Assembly (NCBI GenBank): GCA_964526705.1
Contig: CAZGLD010000005.1
Coordinates: 21,852-85,851 of the forward strand
From: an uncultured Methylobacillus sp.
Lineage (GTDB): Bacteria; Pseudomonadota; Gammaproteobacteria; Burkholderiales; Methylophilaceae
Direction of reading: 5' to 3'
Length of the DNA stretch: 64,000 nucleotides
Shown here: in pieces, positions 61,216 to 64,000 of the stretch
Layout of the letters: each line of letters begins with the position of its first letter
Position numbering within the stretch: the first letter of the stretch is position 1
Translations under genes and position numbers: made by a program
Notes under the pieces: model-generated
Database searches by the model: none
Told to the model about the DNA's origin: nothing
Seen by the model: only the letters and a program-made list of their open reading frames with translations

Positions 61216-62751
61216 TTACGTTTTACCTAAAAAAAGTTTATACCCAAGATTACTCGTTTCATCGAAATATGGGTACTCTAATTCATTTAAAAAGTTTTGA
61301 AAAGTTTCTTGGTCTTTCTTTGGTACTTGCATTCCAATCAAGACTCGTCCAATATCAGCTCCATGATTACGGTAATGAAATAAACTAATATTCCAGTTCT
61401 TACCCATATTTGTCAGAAAGCTTAATAAAGCACCTGGTTTTTCTGGGAATTCGAAACGATAAACCATCTCATTCTTTGCATCTGGCGCATGCCCCCCCAC
61501 CATATATCTTAAATGAAGCTTAGCCATCTCATTTTGTGTTAAATCAATAGCAGATAAACCAGCTTCATTAAAATTATGAAGCAGTGTTGCCGTATCGTCT
61601 GTATTTGCAATAGTTACCCCAACAAAAATTTGTGCTTGATTTTCATCTGAGTAGCGATAATTAAATTCTGTTATATTTCTTTCACCAATTAAATCGCAGA
61701 ACGATTTAAAAGCTCCAGGTTTTTCTGGAATATTAACTGACAAAATTGCTTCTCTTTGTTCACCAATTTCTGCTCTTTCTGCAACAAAACGTAAACGGTC
61801 AAAATTAATGTTCGCACCTGAAGCAATACCAATTAAATTTTTTCCTTGTATATCATTATTTTGAAGATATGTTTTGAGCCCTGCTGCTGCTAAAGCTCCA
61901 GCCGGTTCTAACACAGTTCTTGTGTCTTCAAATACATCTTTTATTGCGGCACATATTTCATCGTTATCAACAACGATCATCTCATCGACACACTGTGTAA
62001 CAATTTCAAAGTTATGAACACCAATTTGTTTCACTGCTGCACCTTCAGCAAATAAGCTAACTTGGTCAAGGGAAATTCTTTCATTTTTTTTCAAAGCTTG
62101 CGTCATCGCTTCCGAATCTTTTGCCTCTACACCAATAATCTTAATTTTAGGATTTACTGATTTTACATAAGCTGCTATTCCAGAGATAAGACCGCCCCCT
62201 CCGACACAAACAAATATGGCATGTATAGGGTCTTTAAAATCCTCTAAAATTTCTTTGCCAATGGTTCCTTGTCCAGCAATGACATGAGGATCATCAAAGG
62301 GATGAATAAAAGTTAAACCTTGATCTTTCTCTATCTTGTGAGCTAGCTCCAACGATTCATACAGAGAAATACCATGCAAAATAACTTCAGCACCATGTTT
62401 ACGAACAGCATTGGTCTTTATGGAAGGGGTAGTTTTTGGCATCACTATAATAGCTTTACATCCTAGTGTTTTAGCTGCCATCGCAACACCCTGCGCATGA
62501 TTCCCTGCAGAAGCAGCAATGACGCCCTTACTTCTGGTTTCCTCATCAAGATGGATTAATTTATTATAAGCTCCCCTGATCTTAAAAGAAAAAACTGACT
62601 GCAGATCCTCTCTTTTTAAATATATTTGATTGTTTAATCTAGATGAAAGCAATGCCTGATAATCCAATGGCGTTCGCTTCGCAACATCGTATACCTTCGC
62701 TTCATCTATGAATTTTTTATATTTATTTAACATTAATTTGTTCATTCTCAA
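61216..62751 (-). CDS. ilvA: Threonine ammonia-lyase, biosynthetic; exact start uncertain
   Basis: KREDLQSVFSFKIRGA, SAGNHAQG, two ACT domains. Confidence 0.96.
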   Translation of the reverse strand: MRMNKLMLNKYKKFIDEAKVYDVAKRTPLDYQALLSSRLNNQIYLKREDLQSVFSFKIRGAYNKLIHLDEETRSKGVIAASAGNHAQGVAMAAKTLGCKAIIVMPKTTPSIKTNAVRKHGAEVILHGISLYESLELAHKIEKDQGLTFIHPFDDPHVIAGQGTIGKEILEDFKDPIHAIFVCVGGGGLISGIAAYVKSVNPKIKIIGVEAKDSEAMTQALKKNERISLDQVSLFAEGAAVKQIGVHNFEIVTQCVDEMIVVDNDEICAAIKDVFEDTRTVLEPAGALAAAGLKTYLQNNDIQGKNLIGIASGANINFDRLRFVAERAEIGEQREAILSVNIPEKPGAFKSFCDLIGERNITEFNYRYSDENQAQIFVGVTIANTDDTATLLHNFNEAGLSAIDLTQNEMAKLHLRYMVGGHAPDAKNEMVYRFEFPEKPGALLSFLTNMGKNWNISLFHYRNHGADIGRVLIGMQVPKKDQETFQNFLNELEYPYFDETSNLGYKLFLGKT

Positions 62752-62808
62752 GAGTCACATCACAGTGTATTATATTAACCCAATAATGGTTAAAAAAAGG
62801 TTAGTAAA

Positions 62809-63465
62809 ATGAGTCTAACTCAAGATGAATTAAAACAACAAGTTGCCCAAGCAGCCATAGAATACGTAAGATCTGGAATTATAGGAGTTGGAACCGGATC
62901 AACTGCAAATTACTTTATTGATTATTTGGCTGAGGTTAAATCTAAGATTGACGGAGCTGTGGCTAGTAGTGAAGCAACTGCAGATCGTCTTCGTAAGCAT
63001 GGTATTGAAGTCTTTGATTTAAATAGTGTGGATGGTATGGATATTTACGTTGATGGAGCAGATGAAATAACAGAACACATGCACATGCTCAAAGGCGGAG
63101 GTGGTGCTTTAACTAGAGAGAAAATAGTTGCAGCTAACGCTAAAAAATTTATTTGTATATGTGATGAATCAAAATACGTACCAATTTTAGGTAAATTTCC
63201 TCTACCAGTCGAAGTCCTTCCTATGGCGAAGAGCTATGTTGCCCGTCAATTATCGGCACTAGGCGGTCAACCAAAACTGCGTGATTTTACTACGGACAAT
63301 GGGAACATTATTTTAGATGTTCATAATATGAATATCATTGATCCAATTGAAACTGAAAAAACGATTAATCAAATTGTAGGTGTAGTGACCAATGGTCTTT
63401 TTGCTAAAAGGTCCGCAGATATTTTACTGCTTGCTACCCCAGAGGGTGTAAAAACAATAACTTAA
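62809..63465 (+). CDS. rpiA: Ribose-5-phosphate isomerase A
   Basis: [23 protein letters not shown]. Confidence 0.97.
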   Translation: MSLTQDELKQQVAQAAIEYVRSGIIGVGTGSTANYFIDYLAEVKSKIDGAVASSEATADRLRKHGIEVFDLNSVDGMDIYVDGADEITEHMHMLKGGGGALTREKIVAANAKKFICICDESKYVPILGKFPLPVEVLPMAKSYVARQLSALGGQPKLRDFTTDNGNIILDVHNMNIIDPIETEKTINQIVGVVTNGLFAKRSADILLLATPEGVKTIT

Positions 63466-63548
63466 ATCACCTCCAATGTCACATTCCAGAAATAAATTTA
63501 TGATAAAATCAAATTAAATTAGGTTTTATTTAAAGGTAAATACTGTAA

Positions 63549-64000
63549 ATGGCTTCAGAACATATATACACACAATTCGATGACGACATGCAATCCATTC
63601 GTTCCAAAGTGGTTGAAATGGGAACTATTGTTGAAGAACAATTGGCAGAAGCAGTAAAATCATTACTAGAGGCTGATGTAAAACTAGCAAAAAAAGTTAT
63701 TGCTAGGGATGATGAGGTTAACTCGTTAGAGCTAGATATTGATGAGGAATGTTCATTGCTTATTGGTAAAAGATCGCCTGTAGCCATTGATTTAAGAAAT
63801 GTACTTATGATTATGAAAATTGTCAGTGATCTTGAAAGAATTGGTGACGAATCTACAAAAATTGCTAATGCTACTATTCGTATTATTGAGCAAGATATTA
63901 TGAGTAAGCCTAAATTTAAGACGATTAAATCTATGCTTGATTCTGTAACTATTATGTTGAGGCAAGCATTAAATTCTTTCGCACGACTTGATACTGCAGA
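63549..64000 (+). CDS. phoU: Phosphate signalling protein PhoU, 3' end outside window (absent from ORF track)
   Basis: Manual translation MASEHIYTQFDDDM...DDEVNSLELDID...P.AIDLR...DLERIGD. Confidence 0.93.
   Translation, partial: MASEHIYTQFDDDMQSIRSKVVEMGTIVEEQLAEAVKSLLEADVKLAKKVIARDDEVNSLELDIDEECSLLIGKRSPVAIDLRNVLMIMKIVSDLERIGDESTKIANATIRIIEQDIMSKPKFKTIKSMLDSVTIMLRQALNSFARLDTA

Noticed and set aside
63476-63505. Possible Pho box upstream of phoU
   Set aside because: Only one reasonable half-site (ATGTCAC); the repeat 11 bp downstream is poor
63530-63787. 85-aa minus-strand ORF
   Set aside because: Antisense shadow of phoU, which runs off the window end
1-64000. CRISPR arrays, IS elements, tRNA/rRNA, defence systems
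   Set aside because: No spaced repeats, transposases or RNA gene signatures seen by eye; nearly all space is occupied by housekeeping genes

Overview
AT-rich (roughly 30% GC by eye), very gene-dense core-chromosome segment of a streamlined betaproteobacterium. Gene order and protein style suggest Methylophilaceae/OM43-like; this taxonomy is inference. Contents in order: cytochrome c4-yihA, trmB, folM-like, topA, pbpG, orphan gcvH, holC-pepA-lptFG, ampD, an RND pump, a DAACS symporter, purM-hda, ahpCF, bepA, moaC, an LPS core/lipid A cluster, thiO-like, a Kef-type antiporter, kdsD-lptCAB-rpoN-hpf-PTS, prlC, xth, ntrXY-rsmB-fmt-def, smg, metK-[SAH riboswitch]-ahcY-metF, dapF-xerC, zapB-like-zapA-6S RNA, EVE, a YVTN beta-propeller lipoprotein, ilvA, rpiA and phoU. 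No mobile elements, CRISPR arrays, rRNA or tRNA were seen. Best leads: (1) an unannotated 30-aa, 3-Cys peptide gene that exactly fills the gap after ahpF, a probable third gene of an OxyR-box ahpCF operon; (2) a 90-aa bacterial protein carrying the TMEM65 signature motifs; (3) an apparent AUU start codon for prlC; (4) HPr Ser46->Asn together with local loss of hprK/ptsN/rapZ; (5) an extra long hairpin between the SAH aptamer and ahcY. All family assignments are by motif recognition, not database search.
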